Below, piece by piece: positions 10,534 to 21,413 of a stretch of 64,000 nucleotides of DNA; position 1 is the first letter of the stretch, and each line of letters opens with the position of its first letter. The translations under genes were made by a program, and so were the position numbers. The notes under the pieces were generated by a model. It was not told the origin of the DNA, made no database searches, and saw only the letters and a program-made list of their open reading frames with translations. This DNA is from an uncultured Gemmatimonadaceae bacterium. Its GTDB lineage: Bacteria; Gemmatimonadota; Gemmatimonadetes; Gemmatimonadales; Gemmatimonadaceae. Location of the stretch: positions 448,001-512,000 of the forward strand of contig CAWHHI010000006.1 in assembly GCA_963829055.1 (NCBI GenBank). Direction: 5' to 3'.

Positions 10534-12151
10534 CGAAGACACTCGACGCGATCGTCATCGGCGCCGGCTCGAACGGCCTCGCCGCGGCCGCAACGTTAGG
10601 CAGGGCGGGGCGCCGTGTCCTCGTGCTCGACTCGAGCGGACCGGCTCGGAGGCGTCGTCACGCACCGTCGAGTTTGCGCCCGGCTTCCACGCGGCGCCGC
10701 TCGGACTCGACGCCGGGTGGCTCCCGCCCGCCGTCGCGCGTGGCATCGGCATGGGCATCGGCGACCTCGCCGACACGGAGCCGGCGATTGGCGCCACCGT
10801 GGCGAGCGCCAGCGGCGAGCTCATCGCGCTGCCGTGCGACGCCCGTCAGGCCGCGGATCGCATTCGCGGTCTCTCGTCGACGCGACGCCGGCCGCTGGCC
10901 GGACTTCGTCGCGCGACTCCGCGCACTCGCCGGCTTTCTCGAGGCGATGTACCAGCTACCGCCTCCGGACCTCGACGCCAGCCTGTCGTTCGGCGAGGTC
11001 GCTCCGCTGCTCGGGCTCGGCCGCAAGTTTCGCTCGTTAGGCCGCGACGACATGACGGAGCTGCTGCGCGTGCTGCCGATGTCGGTCCAGGACCTGGTCG
11101 ACGAGTGGTTCGAGCACGAGGCGCTCAAGGCGGCCATCGCCGCCGGCGGCGTGCGCGACATCCGGCAGGGACCGCGGTCGGGCGGAACGTCGTTCGTGCT
11201 GCTGCACCATCTCGTCGGCGCGCCGCCGGGCTCGGTGCGCGCGCGCGGCTGGTGGCGCGACGGCCCGGACGCGTTCACCGTGACCGCTGAGGCGCTGGCG
11301 CGAAAAGCGGGCGTGGCGATCCGAACCGGCGCCGACGTTCACGCGAATCGTCGTGAAGGACGATGCGGTCACCGGCGTCGTGCTCGCGAACGGCGACGAG
11401 ATCACCGCGCCGATCGTGATCTCGACCGCCGATCCGGCACGCACGCTGCTCGGTATGGTCGATCCCGGTGTGGCTCGACCCCGAGTTCCTGCACGCCGTG
11501 CGGCAGATCAAGATCCGCGGGTGCACGGCGTTCGTGATGTACGCGCTCGACGGCTTGCCGGATGTCGCCGGGCTGCCCGACCCGAAGGCGGCGCTCGCCA
11601 GCATGGTGAGCCTCACGCCCACGACCGAGGCGCTCGAGCGGAGCTACGACGCCGCGAAGTACGGACGCGTGTCGGAACACCCGCACGTCGAGTTCACCAT
11701 CCCGTCGCTTCGCTGGCCGCGCCTCGCGCCCGAGGGCAAGCACGTGCTCGTCGCGCGGGCCCAGTACGCGCCCTATCGCCTTCGCGACGGCGCAACCTGG
11801 GACGCCGCTCGCTCGTCTGCACTCGCCGACTGTGTGACATCCGATCATCTGCCGCGTCATGCCGAAGCTCGCGAATCACGTCGTTGCGCGATCGGTGCTC
11901 ACGCCGGTCGATCTCGAGCGAACGTTCGGGTTGACCGAGGGCGCGCGTACGCAGGGCGAGATCACGCTCGACCAGATCCTGTTCATGCGTCCCGTGCGCC
12001 GGCTGGGGCCGTCACGCGATGCCGATCGACGGCCTGTATCTCGGCGGCGCGGGTGCGCATCCCGGGCCCGGCATTCTCGGTGCGTCCGGGTGGCTGGCTG
12101 CGCGGGCCGAAATGGCACGCGCGAGCGAAGATCAGCGACAGCGTAGCATGA
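10530..12151 (+). CDS. Phytoene dehydrogenase-like FAD-dependent oxidoreductase 2, frameshifted
   Basis: DAIVIGAGSNGLAAAATL, RLAPEGKHVL, LTPVDLERTFGL, LYLGGAGAHPGPG; paralog of the upstream gene. Confidence 0.82.
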
Positions 12152-12155
12152 CACG

Positions 12156-13294
12156 ATGACCACGCTTCTCATCGCAACGGTCATCGACACCTACCAGCAG
12201 CGGCGCGCGGACGATGCCCGGCGAGTACTACACCTCGCCGGCCATCCTCGCCGAGGAGACCGAGCGCATCTTCGCCCGCTCGTGGCACTGCGTCGGTCGC
12301 GCGAGCGCGCTCGCCGACGCGGGCGACTACGTCCTGCGCACCGATCGCCGGCGAGTCGCTGATCATTCTGCGCGACCGGAGCGGCGAGCTGCGCGCGTTC
12401 TTCAACGTCTGCCGCCATCGCGGCACGCGACTCTGCGAGGCGGCGTCGGGGCACTTCTCCGAGACGATCCAGTGCCCGTACCACGCGTGGACGTACACGA
12501 CCGACGGACGCCTGATCGGCGCGCCGCAGATGCAGGACGTCGAAGGCTTCGACAAGCGCGACTACCCGCTGCACTCGGCCGCCGCTCGCCGAGTGGGAGG
12601 GGTTCGTGTTCGTGAACGTCGCCACCGATCCCGAGCCGTTCGACGAGGTGTTCGCGCCGATGATCGGCCGCCTAACGCGGTTCGGTCTCGAGCGCGCTCG
12701 ACGGTCGGCCACTCGCGTCACCTACGAGGTCGACGCGAACTGGAAGCTCGTGTTCCAGAACTACTCGGAGTGCCTGCACTGCCCGATGATCCATCCCGAG
12801 CTGACGGCGGTGCTGCCGTATCAGAGCGGCGCGAACGATCTCACCGAGGGCCCGTTCCTCGGCGGCTACATGGAGATCATGGCGCCGCACGAGAGCGCGA
12901 CGATGAGCGGGCGCGCGTGCGGACGGCTCGTCGACGCCGGACTGCCGGCGGATGACCGGCGACGCGCGTTCTACTACTCGCTGATGCCGAACATGCTGCT
13001 CAGCATCCATCCCGACTACGCGAACTACTACGTCGTGACGCCGCTCGCGGCGGACCGCACGCGCGTGGAGTCGGAGTGGATGTTCAATCCCGACAGCGCG
13101 TCCGATCCGACGTTCAATCCCGACGACGCGATTCGCTTCTGGGACGTGACCAACTCGCCAGGACTGGCACATCGTCGAACAGAGCCAGCTGGGTATCACG
13201 CTCGCGGCGTTATGCGCCCGGACCCTATTCGCCGCGCGAGTCGATCCCGGCCGCGTGGGATCGTGAGTACCTGCGGCAGATGGGTCGGTCGTGA
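12156..13294 (+). CDS. Rieske non-heme iron oxygenase alpha subunit (aromatic ring-hydroxylating / N-demethylase type), frameshifted
   Basis: Rieske ligands NVCRHRG...CPYHAWTY; mononuclear Fe site [22 protein letters not shown]. Confidence 0.9.
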
Positions 13295-14878
13295 TGAGCC
13301 GATTGTCAGAGGGCAACGGCGCGAGCAACGGCTCGAAGACGCCGCACGTCGTGATCATTGGCGCGGGCCCGGCTGGGCTCACGGCCGCGTACGAGTTGGT
13401 GGAGCGGTACGGCATCACGTCGACGATCCTCGAGTCGGACTCGGTCGTCGGTGGCATCAGTCGCACCGTCGAGCGGGACGGGTGGCGCTTCGACATTGGC
13501 GGCCACCGCTTCTTCACGAAGGTGAAGGAGGTCGGAGTCGCTCTGGCACGAGATCCTGCCTGACGAGGATTTCATGCTGCGTCCGCGCATGAGCCGCATC
13601 TACTACAACGGCAAGTACTACGACTACCCGCTCAAGGCGTCGAACGCGCTCAAGAATCTGGGCCTCTGGGAAGCCGACGCTGTGCGTGATGTCCTACGCG
13701 TGGGCGCGCGTGAACCCACCGAAGGATCAGATCGACGCTCGAAGGGTGGATCGTGTCGCGATTCGGCTGGCGCCTCTACAAGCACTTCTTCAAGACGTAC
13801 AACGAGAAGCTGTGGGGCGTCCCGGTCAACAAGCTTCCGGCGGACTTCGCGGCGCAGCGCATCAAGAATCTCTCGCTGTGGAACGCGGTCGTGAACTCGC
13901 TCCTGCCGAAGAAGAACCAGAAGGCGATCACGTCGCTCATCGAGGAGTTCCAGTATCCGAAGCACGGCCCGGGCATGATGTGGGAGCGCGCTCGCGACCT
14001 CGTCGAGGCCAAGGGCTGCAAGGTCGTGATGAACACGCGCGTCGTCGGCGTGCGGCGCGAGAACGGCAAGGCGGTCGCGGTCGTTGGCCAGACGAAAGAC
14101 GGCACGCGCACGGAGTACCCGTGCAGCCACGTCATCTCGTCCATGCCGTTGTCGCAGCTCGTGATGGCGATGCAACCGCCGGCGAGCGAGCCCGCCGCGA
14201 AGGCCGCGAGCGATCTTCGCTATCGCGACTTCCTCACCGTCGCGCTCGTGGTGCCGGAGCAGTACAGCTTCCCCGACAACTGGATCTACGTCCACTCGAA
14301 GGACGTGCAGGTCGGGACGCATCCAGAACTTCGGCTCGTGGTCACCCTATATGGTGAAGGAGGGGCGCACGTGTCTGGGCCTCGAGTTCTTCGTGTTCGA
14401 GGGCGACGAGACGTGGAACAAGCCTGACGCGGAGCTCATCGAGCAGGGCAAGCGCGAGCTCGGCATCCTCAACCTCGTAGACCCCTCGAAGGTCGAAGCG
14501 GGCTACGTGGTTCGCATGCCGAAGGCGTATCCGTTCTACGACGAGTTCTACAAGGCGAACGTCGCGCGGATCATGGAGTGGATGAAGCGCGACGCGTCGA
14601 ACGTGTTCCCGGTCGGGCGGAACGGCATGCACCGGTACAACAACCAGGATCACTCGATGTACACCGCGATGCTGACGGCCGAGAATATCGCGCTAGGCAC
14701 GCAGCACGACGTGTGGAGCGTGAACGTCGAGGAGGAGTACCACGAGGAAGCGGCGAAGACGGGTGACGACTCCCGCCGCGGCACGCGCGGGACGGGTCGT
14801 GACGCGCCGGTGATCCCGCGTGCGCACTACGGCCCGGATCATCCGGTCAACAAGCCGGCGAAAACGTCGAGGCCGTAG
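13294..14878 (+). CDS. NAD(P)/FAD-dependent oxidoreductase (protoporphyrinogen oxidase / UDP-galactopyranose mutase-like), frameshifted
   Basis: [53 protein letters not shown]. Confidence 0.85.
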
Positions 14879-14967
14879 GAAGGAGGCCTTGCGGGCAGGC
14901 CGTAGGAAGGAGGCCTGAGGAAGGAGGCGGAGGCGGAGGGCGGACGGCGGACGGCGGAAAAAAGCGG

Positions 14968-15078
14968 TGTCATCCCGAGCGGCAGCGAGGGATCTCCTGT
15001 GAAGTGCCATCGTGGCCAGACTTGCCACGATGCGACCACGAGAAGATCCCTCGTCGCTAGCGCTCGCTCGGGATGACA
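14968..15078. repeat. Palindromic repeat family A, copy 2
   Basis: TGTCATCCCGAGCG..CGAGGGATCT..CGTGGCCAGACTTGCCACG..AGATCCCTCG..CGCTCGGGATGACA between convergent genes. Confidence 0.9.
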
Positions 15079-15124
15079 ACATCCGCTCCTCCGCCATCCG
15101 GCCGTCCGCCCTCCGGCCTCCGCC

Positions 15125-17674
15125 TCACCAGAACTTTTTCGCCAGTCGGACCTTGTGCAGCTGCCAGCCGCCGGAGACCGGGACGCCGATGCCGACGAAG
15201 GTGCCCGACCGCACGCGGTCGAAGCCGGCGTCGCTGCTCCAGCGGAAGTCGATGCTCGCCGTGATCGTCGGCGGATTCGTTGACGCATCGACGCTCGTCG
15301 ACCTGACCACCGCGCGCGGATTGTAGTCGCGCACGAACACCAGGAAATCCTGCCATAGCGTGACCGCGGCGGCGTCCGTCGGCTGCGAGTAGGCGGCCGT
15401 GATGCGCGAGTACGTGCGGGCACTGATCGCGCCGGCGAACTCCTTGTACAGCCCCGCCGCGACTTCACGCGGCGCCGCAGGAATACGCTCGGCGCTGTCG
15501 CGCGCGGCCGCCGGCGGATTGGCTGGTGGTGGTGTGGTCGCCGTCGACGCCGTTGGCGCTGCCGCCGTGGCGCGCGACGCAGGATATCCGGCCGTGGAGT
15601 CGACCCGATTCGTCGTTAGGCGGACGGAGTCCGGCCGAAGGATGGGAACGGTCGGCGGAGTCGCCGGCGGCGTCGACGGCTGACCCGTTGACGCCGACGC
15701 ACTGGCGCCCGTGCCGGTTGCTGCTGGCGCTCGCACGACGGGAGTCGTCGGCCCACGCTGCACGGCGGCAGGCGCGGCTGGCTTGGGCGGAACAGGCCTG
15801 GGTGTGATGGCCGCGCCGGCCAGTGGCGCAGGCGAGACGTTCGTTCCGCTGCCGGCGGCTGGCGGGGTGATCGCCGTGCTGGTCGCCGGCGAACGTGGCG
15901 GTGCTGGCGCCGTTGCCGGTAGCGGCGCGGGCGATGGCGAGGGTGATTCAGTTGTCGGCGCGCCAGCATCGCGAACGTCGGTGACGCCACCACCCGATCG
16001 AGCGCCGCGGATGACCGCCGCGACGACGACGCCAGCCGCGAGCACACCCACCCACCACCGCGCTTGCGGACGTCGTGCGCTCGACCCCGCGGCCGGTTCG
16101 CGCGACACAATCGCTGGGCGCGGTGCTGGTGCTGGTTTGGCGGCGACAGGCTCCGTGACGGGATCGTCGTCCCGTACCCGGGTTCCCGTGGCCGGCGGCC
16201 CCGGCACCGGCGTACTCACCGCCGCGGCTGCCGCCGACACCTGTACGACGCACACCGCGCGTTTGCCACGCCACGCACACGCGATCTCGGCCAGCCCCGG
16301 CGCGACCGCGGTCACGAATCCGTCTCGCGACACCTTCGCCACCGCGGGATTGCTGCTCTGCCATTCGATCGACGCGATGTCGCTCGACCCGCCGTCGGCC
16401 TCGAGCTCCACGATCAGCTCTACAGAGTCGCCCGTCGCCAGCTCGATCCGCTGCTGCGAAAGCGTCAGCGGCGGGGCGGCGACCGGACCGACGTTAGGCG
16501 CGGCCGTGTGCGCATCCGACGGAGCGCTGACGTCACTCGTGGACACGGTCGCTCGCACCGGATCCGTCGTGGCGTCACCAGCCGCCGCTGGGCCTGGCCC
16601 GATCGGAACGGGACTCGCGGGAGTCGTTGGCAGCGTCTTGTCGCGCCGGCCGGGAGCCTCGCGCACGAGCGCGACGAGCGTCGCCCGCGCGGCGTTCGCG
16701 GTCGCCGGTTCGTCGGCCAGCGCGTGCGCCACGTCGTGCAGCGTCGGCCAGCGGTCTGCCGGCGCCTTCGCCATCATCCGCAACACCAGCGCGTCGAGCT
16801 CCGGCGGGCAGTCGGGACGCAACGTCCGGACGGACGGCGGGCCCGCCGTCGCGTGAGCCCACTGCATCTCCAGCGCCGACCCGCGGAACGGCGTCTTGCC
16901 CGTGAGGAGCTCATACGCGACGACGCCTAACGAATACTGATCCGAGGCCGGCGCCACGCCCTGCGCGAGACACTGCTCCGGGCTCATGTACGCCGGCGTG
17001 CCGATCACGAGACCGGTGCGCGTGAGGTTCGCGTCGTCCGCCGCCTTCGCGATGCCGAAGTCCATGACCACCACGTTGCCGCGGCGATCAACCATGATGT
17101 TCGCTGGCTTCACGTCCCGGTGAACCACGCCCTCGCCATGCGCGTACGACAGCGCCTCGGCCACGTAGCGCACGACGTAACGCACTACCGGGATCGACAG
17201 TGGCCCGGCGACCTTCGCGATGGAGCTCAGCGGCTCGCCTTCCACGAGCTTCATCACGATGTACAGGAGGTCGTTCGCCTCCCGCACGCTGTGAATCACC
17301 AGGATGTTCGGATGATCGAGCTTCGCCGCGATGCGCGCCTCGTGCTTGAAGCGCCGATCCATCCCTTCGGTGTACAGCAGCTCCGGCAGCAGCGCCTTGA
17401 TGGCGACCTTGCGGTTGAGCGACAGGTCGTGGGCGAGGAAGACGACCGCCATGCCGCCACGCCCGATCTCACCGGCGACGTCGTATTCGCCAATGGTGGC
17501 GGAGCGGAGCGCCGTCAGGATCCGATCGACGTGCGGCCGGTGCGATCCCGTCGTGTCCGCCGTCGGCGTGGCATTCTCCCCATCGAGTCGCGCACCACAG
17601 AAGCCGCAGAACCGATCGTCTGCGGTTGCGGGTCTTCCGCACGTGCTACAACGCATTTCAGTGGGAACTGCCAT
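15125..17674 (-). CDS. Ser/Thr protein kinase with N-terminal zinc ribbon, Ig-like (Big_2) domain, TM segment and Pro/Ala-rich tail
   Basis: CSTC...CGFC; GRGGMAVV, VAIK, HRDVKPAN, DFGIAK, GTPAYMSPEQ; WQSSNPAVAKVSRDGFVTAVAPG. Confidence 0.92.
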   Translation of the reverse strand: MAVPTEMRCSTCGRPATADDRFCGFCGARLDGENATPTADTTGSHRPHVDRILTALRSATIGEYDVAGEIGRGGMAVVFLAHDLSLNRKVAIKALLPELLYTEGMDRRFKHEARIAAKLDHPNILVIHSVREANDLLYIVMKLVEGEPLSSIAKVAGPLSIPVVRYVVRYVAEALSYAHGEGVVHRDVKPANIMVDRRGNVVVMDFGIAKAADDANLTRTGLVIGTPAYMSPEQCLAQGVAPASDQYSLGVVAYELLTGKTPFRGSALEMQWAHATAGPPSVRTLRPDCPPELDALVLRMMAKAPADRWPTLHDVAHALADEPATANAARATLVALVREAPGRRDKTLPTTPASPVPIGPGPAAAGDATTDPVRATVSTSDVSAPSDAHTAAPNVGPVAAPPLTLSQQRIELATGDSVELIVELEADGGSSDIASIEWQSSNPAVAKVSRDGFVTAVAPGLAEIACAWRGKRAVCVVQVSAAAAAVSTPVPGPPATGTRVRDDDPVTEPVAAKPAPAPRPAIVSREPAAGSSARRPQARWWVGVLAAGVVVAAVIRGARSGGGVTDVRDAGAPTTESPSPSPAPLPATAPAPPRSPATSTAITPPAAGSGTNVSPAPLAGAAITPRPVPPKPAAPAAVQRGPTTPVVRAPAATGTGASASASTGQPSTPPATPPTVPILRPDSVRLTTNRVDSTAGYPASRATAAAPTASTATTPPPANPPAAARDSAERIPAAPREVAAGLYKEFAGAISARTYSRITAAYSQPTDAAAVTLWQDFLVFVRDYNPRAVVRSTSVDASTNPPTITASIDFRWSSDAGFDRVRSGTFVGIGVPVSGGWQLHKVRLAKKFW

Positions 17675-17728
17675 CGTCGCGAGGCGCGGTGCTCGGGGAG
17701 CGGGTCGGGACCGACAAAGGTGTAGGAC

Positions 17729-18199
17729 TCAGTCCTTTCGCGCTACGACGCTGATCGCGCCGTTGTTCTCCAGGACTGCGTACTGCACGTCTTCGACGCA
17801 GCCACATCCGGCCTGGCGAAGGGCGGCGTTCAACTCGTGGTGCGTGACCTTGGCGCGACCCATCATCTGGTCGTACAGCTTGCCGTTGTGGATCAAGACC
17901 AGCGGATGCCCCTCGATGAACGCCTCGGCTCTCTTGCTCCGGGACGTCACCACGGAGACGATCGAGTTCAGGGCGACAAGCACCGTGGCCGAGAGCAGTC
18001 CCCCGAACACGGAGTTGTCGCCGCCGTTCAACGCGTTCTGCACCGCGTTGGAGAGCATCAGCAGCAGCACGAGATCGAACGGTGCCAGCTGCCCGATTTG
18101 CCGCTTGCCAGTGAATCGAAGCAACAGCAGGACGAGGGCGTAGACAACGATCGCCCGAACCACCAGCTGCTCGAGGACGAGAGGGCTCGGAAACCACAT
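17729..18199 (-). CDS. DUF421/YetF family membrane protein
   Basis: LLRFTGKRQIGQLAPFDLV, EGHPLVLIHNGK, AVLENNGAISV. Confidence 0.88.
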   Translation of the reverse strand: MWFPSPLVLEQLVVRAIVVYALVLLLLRFTGKRQIGQLAPFDLVLLLMLSNAVQNALNGGDNSVFGGLLSATVLVALNSIVSVVTSRSKRAEAFIEGHPLVLIHNGKLYDQMMGRAKVTHHELNAALRQAGCGCVEDVQYAVLENNGAISVVARKD

Positions 18200-18336
18200 A
18201 GTCGCACCTTCTTCCGGTAGGAGCGAGACTGCGATGCCAGTGAACATGTACTGGTATTTCAGGACGGCGGCGAATCGGTCACGGTGAATTTGGCACTCTT
18301 GCCGGCTCCGGCTCGCAGGTGGATAAATGCCGGGAG

Positions 18337-18372
18337 TTGACAATGAGTGTTAGAACAGCTAATGTCATAACA
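18337..18372 (+). promoter_or_regulatory. Sigma70-type promoter of marR (probably leaderless) overlapped by two putative MarR operators
   Basis: TTGACA (18337-42), 17-bp spacer, TAATGT (18360-65), ATG at 18372; operators TGTTAGAACA (18348) and TGTCATAACA (18363). Confidence 0.7.
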
Positions 18373-18836
18373 TGTCCAGTCGACTCCAGTCCGAGATCAA
18401 GCAGACCAAGCCGTTCGCCACGTTGGAGCATGAGGCGATGCTTGGGCTGATGCGGACAGCCGCCATTGTCGACCACGCTACGGACGAGATGCTTCGGCCG
18501 TACGGGCTCACCGGCACGCAGTTCAACGTGCTGCGCATCCTTCGGGGTGCTGGCCAGCAAGGGCTCTGCGGACGTGAGATCGGCGAACGCATGATCACCA
18601 AGGTACCGGATGTCCCGCGGTTGCTCGACCGGTTGGAGAAAGCCGAACTGATCACTCGCGAGCGGGATCCCAACGATCGGCGTCATGTGACGGCTCGTAT
18701 CACGGCGAAGGGTCGGCAGATTCTCGAGGACGTCGGGGCAGCGCCTTCCAATCCGATCGAGAAGCGGTTCAGTCAGCTCGGGCAGGAACAGTTGCAGGTG
18801 CTCATCGAAGCGTTGGATCTGATTCGACAGGGGTAA
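18372..18836 (+). CDS. MarR family transcriptional regulator
   Basis: LTGTQFNVLRILRGA, PDVPRLLDRLEKAELITRERDPNDRRHV. Confidence 0.92.
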   Translation: MSSRLQSEIKQTKPFATLEHEAMLGLMRTAAIVDHATDEMLRPYGLTGTQFNVLRILRGAGQQGLCGREIGERMITKVPDVPRLLDRLEKAELITRERDPNDRRHVTARITAKGRQILEDVGAAPSNPIEKRFSQLGQEQLQVLIEALDLIRQG

Positions 18837-18859
18837 GCCCCCTTTTTTACATATATAGA

Positions 18860-18884
18860 TGTTATAACGCTGGTTGTTATCACT
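18860..18884. promoter_or_regulatory. Second tandem pair of putative MarR operators upstream of doxX
   Basis: TGTTATAACG (18860) and TGTTATCACT (18875), same 15-bp spacing as at the marR promoter, in an AT-rich spacer. Confidence 0.6.
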
Positions 18885-18904
18885 TCTACTGGGAGACTAC
18901 GACC

Positions 18905-19449
18905 ATGTCGACTCACTTCAACTTCAACTCACGGCCTTCAGCGCTGGTCTGCTTGCGCTGCGGCTTGTCCTCGGTCTCGGGATGGCCGCGCACGGATCGC
19001 AGAAGCTCTTCGGCTGGTTCGGCGGACACGGTCTCGCCGGCACTGGCGGCTTCTTCGAGATGATCGGCTTTCGTCCTGGCCGATTGTTCGCCATGGCGGC
19101 GGGCGTAACGGAGATCGCCAGCGGGCTGCTCATCGCTCTCGGCTTCCTCGGCCCGATCGGCCCGGCGTTGATGCTGTCGGTCATGATCGTCGCCGCGATC
19201 ACGGTGCACTGGAAGAACGGCTACTTCGCGCAGGCCAACGGCATCGAGCTGACGGTGATGTTCGCGGTCGGTGCGGTGGCGCTCGCGTTCACGGGCTTCG
19301 GCGAGTTCTCGCTCGATGCAGTGACGGGTCTTGCCGGGTACTTCACGACAACCGAGACGATCGCGGCGTTGGTCCTTGGCGCGGCGGGCGCGGTCGGCAA
19401 CCTCGCGATGCGTCGCGGTCACGACACCGTGGTCAGCCCGCAGTCGTAA
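18905..19449 (+). CDS. DoxX family membrane protein (probable indel just after the ATG)
   Basis: LRLVLGLGMAAHGSQKLFGWFGG, AITVHWKNGYF, GFGEFSLD; RBS GGGAG upstream of ATG 18905. Confidence 0.88.
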
Positions 19450-19459
19450 TAGCTCGGCT

Positions 19460-19568
19460 GTCATCCCGAGGAGTGAAACGACGAGGGACCTTCTGTGAAT
19501 TCAGTGTGGCCGGACTGGCTACGATGATCTCACAGAAGGTCCCTCGTTGCTTCACTCGAGGCGATGAC
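19460..19568. repeat. Palindromic repeat family A, copy 3
   Basis: GTCATCCCGAG..CGAGGGACCTTCTGTGA..GTGGCCGGACTGGCTAC..TCACAGAAGGTCCCTCG..GATGAC. Confidence 0.85.
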
Positions 19569-19684
19569 TGCCTGACAAGAAGCCGAGGGAGCGGCATCTT
19601 CCCGCGCGAAGGTCCTGGATCGAGAATGCATTCGAGAATGTATTCTCCCTGTCTGCTGACCACGGCGGCCCTTCCCGTAACCCC

Positions 19685-21274
19685 ATGCCAATGACTCGTC
19701 GCGTACCGACGCCGGTGCTCACGCTGCTCCCCTTGCTCATCACACTCGCGCCTGCCAACCCGTTGCTCGCGCAGCGGGCGCCGCTCGCGAACCGCATCCA
19801 GCGCGTGATGGATCGTCCCGAGTTCGCGCATGCGATGTGGGGCATGCAGTTCGTCTCGCTCGACTCCGGCGGTCGCGTCGTCTACGCGCTCAACGAGAAC
19901 AAGCTGTTCACGCCCGGCTCGACCACGAAGCTCGTCACGGAAGGCACGGCCATGGGCGTCCTCGGTGCCGATCACCGTTTCACGACGCGCGTCTACCGGA
20001 CAGGTCCGGTGCGCGCCGGTGTCCTCGAGGGTGATCTCGTCCTGCTCGCGAGCGGCGATCCGAATCTCTCGGCGCGGCTCAAGCCGGATGGAACGCTCGC
20101 GTTCGAGAACGAGGACCACTCCTACGATGCGGATCCGAACACGCGGGCCGTTCCCGGCGACCCGCTTCAGGTGCTTCGCTCGCTCGCAAAGCAGGTTCGC
20201 GAGCACGGGCATCACCCGCGTGAGCGGTTCGGTGATCGTCGACGCGTCGCTCTTTGCCGAGGGTGAGCGCGAGTTAGGCACCGGCGTCGTGATCTCGCCG
20301 ATCGTCGTGAACGACAATCTCGTAGACGTCACCATCGGTCCGGCGGCAAACGGTGAGGGCGCGGCGTCGCTCGCGGTGTCGCCGAAGACGAGCTACGTCC
20401 GCTTCATCAATCAGGTGAAGACCGCGCCTGCCGGCACGCGCCCGTCCATTCGCTGGTCCTCCGATTCACTGCTCCCTGACGGCAGCCACATCGTCGTCGC
20501 GAGTGGCGTGTTTCCGAAGGGCACCGCACCGATCCTCTACAGCTATGCGGTCCCGCAGCCCAGTCGTTTCGCCGAGGTGACGCTGGCCGAGGTGCTGCGT
20601 GATGCGGGCGTGGCGGCGCAACCGCGGCGGTACGCAACGAAGCCTGCGTTCGTGCGGCTCCGGTCATCGTACGGACCGGCCAACACGATTGCGGAACACC
20701 AGTCGGCGACGTTCGGCAACGAGGTGCGGGTCACGCTCAAGGTGAGCCAGAACCTGCACGCGAGCATGACTCCGTTTCTCCTCGGCGCCCTGCGCGGAAA
20801 GGACAGCAGTACGACCGGCTTTGACGTCGAGCGCGATTTCCTCACGTCGCTCGGCCTCGACCTCTCGGGTGCGCAGCAGGCGGACGGCGCGGGAGGCGAC
20901 GCGCACTACACGCCGACGTTCATGACGAGCTATCTCAGCGGCGATGGCGAAGCGGCCGGACATGCCGACATTCCTCGCGGCGCTCCCGATCCTCGGACGC
21001 GACGGTACGCTGTTCGACATCCAGGACAGAATCGCCGGCTGCCGGGCACGTGTTCGCGAAGACCGGCACGTTCGCGGTGGACGACCCGCTCAACCGTCGT
21101 CTGCTGGTCACGGGGAAAGGGCTCGCCGGCTATATGACGACGGCGCAGGGCGAGCGGCTCGCGTTCGCGATCTACGTGAACAACGTGTCGGTGTCCACGG
21201 CGCCTGACGAGGTCAAGCGCGTGGTTGGCCAGGCGCTGGGTGAGATCGCGGCCCTCGCGTACGAGGGGCGTTAG
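19685..21274 (+). CDS. dacB: D-Ala-D-Ala carboxypeptidase/endopeptidase (PBP4/DacB, peptidase S13), frameshifted
   Basis: PGSTTKL (SxxK), KVSQNL (SxN), AKTGT (KTG). Confidence 0.85.
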
Positions 21275-21283
21275 GCGCGACGT

Positions 21284-21413
21284 GTCATTCCGAGCGGAGG
21301 CCGCAGGCCGCAGTCGAGGAATCGCGCGTACCGGCAGAGGGCCGTCGCCCGCCTCGCGACCCGACTCGTCGCTCGTGGCGGGCGGACTGCCTGCTCTGCG
21401 CGCTCGGAATGAC
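21284..21413. repeat. Palindromic repeat family B, copy 1 (degenerate)
   Basis: GTCATTCCGAGCG..GTCGAGGAATCGCG..CGCTCGGAATGAC. Confidence 0.8.

Noticed and set aside
8912..12151. Carotenoid biosynthesis cluster
   Set aside because: No crtB, crtE or crtY genes; the GcvT and Rieske context points to catabolism.
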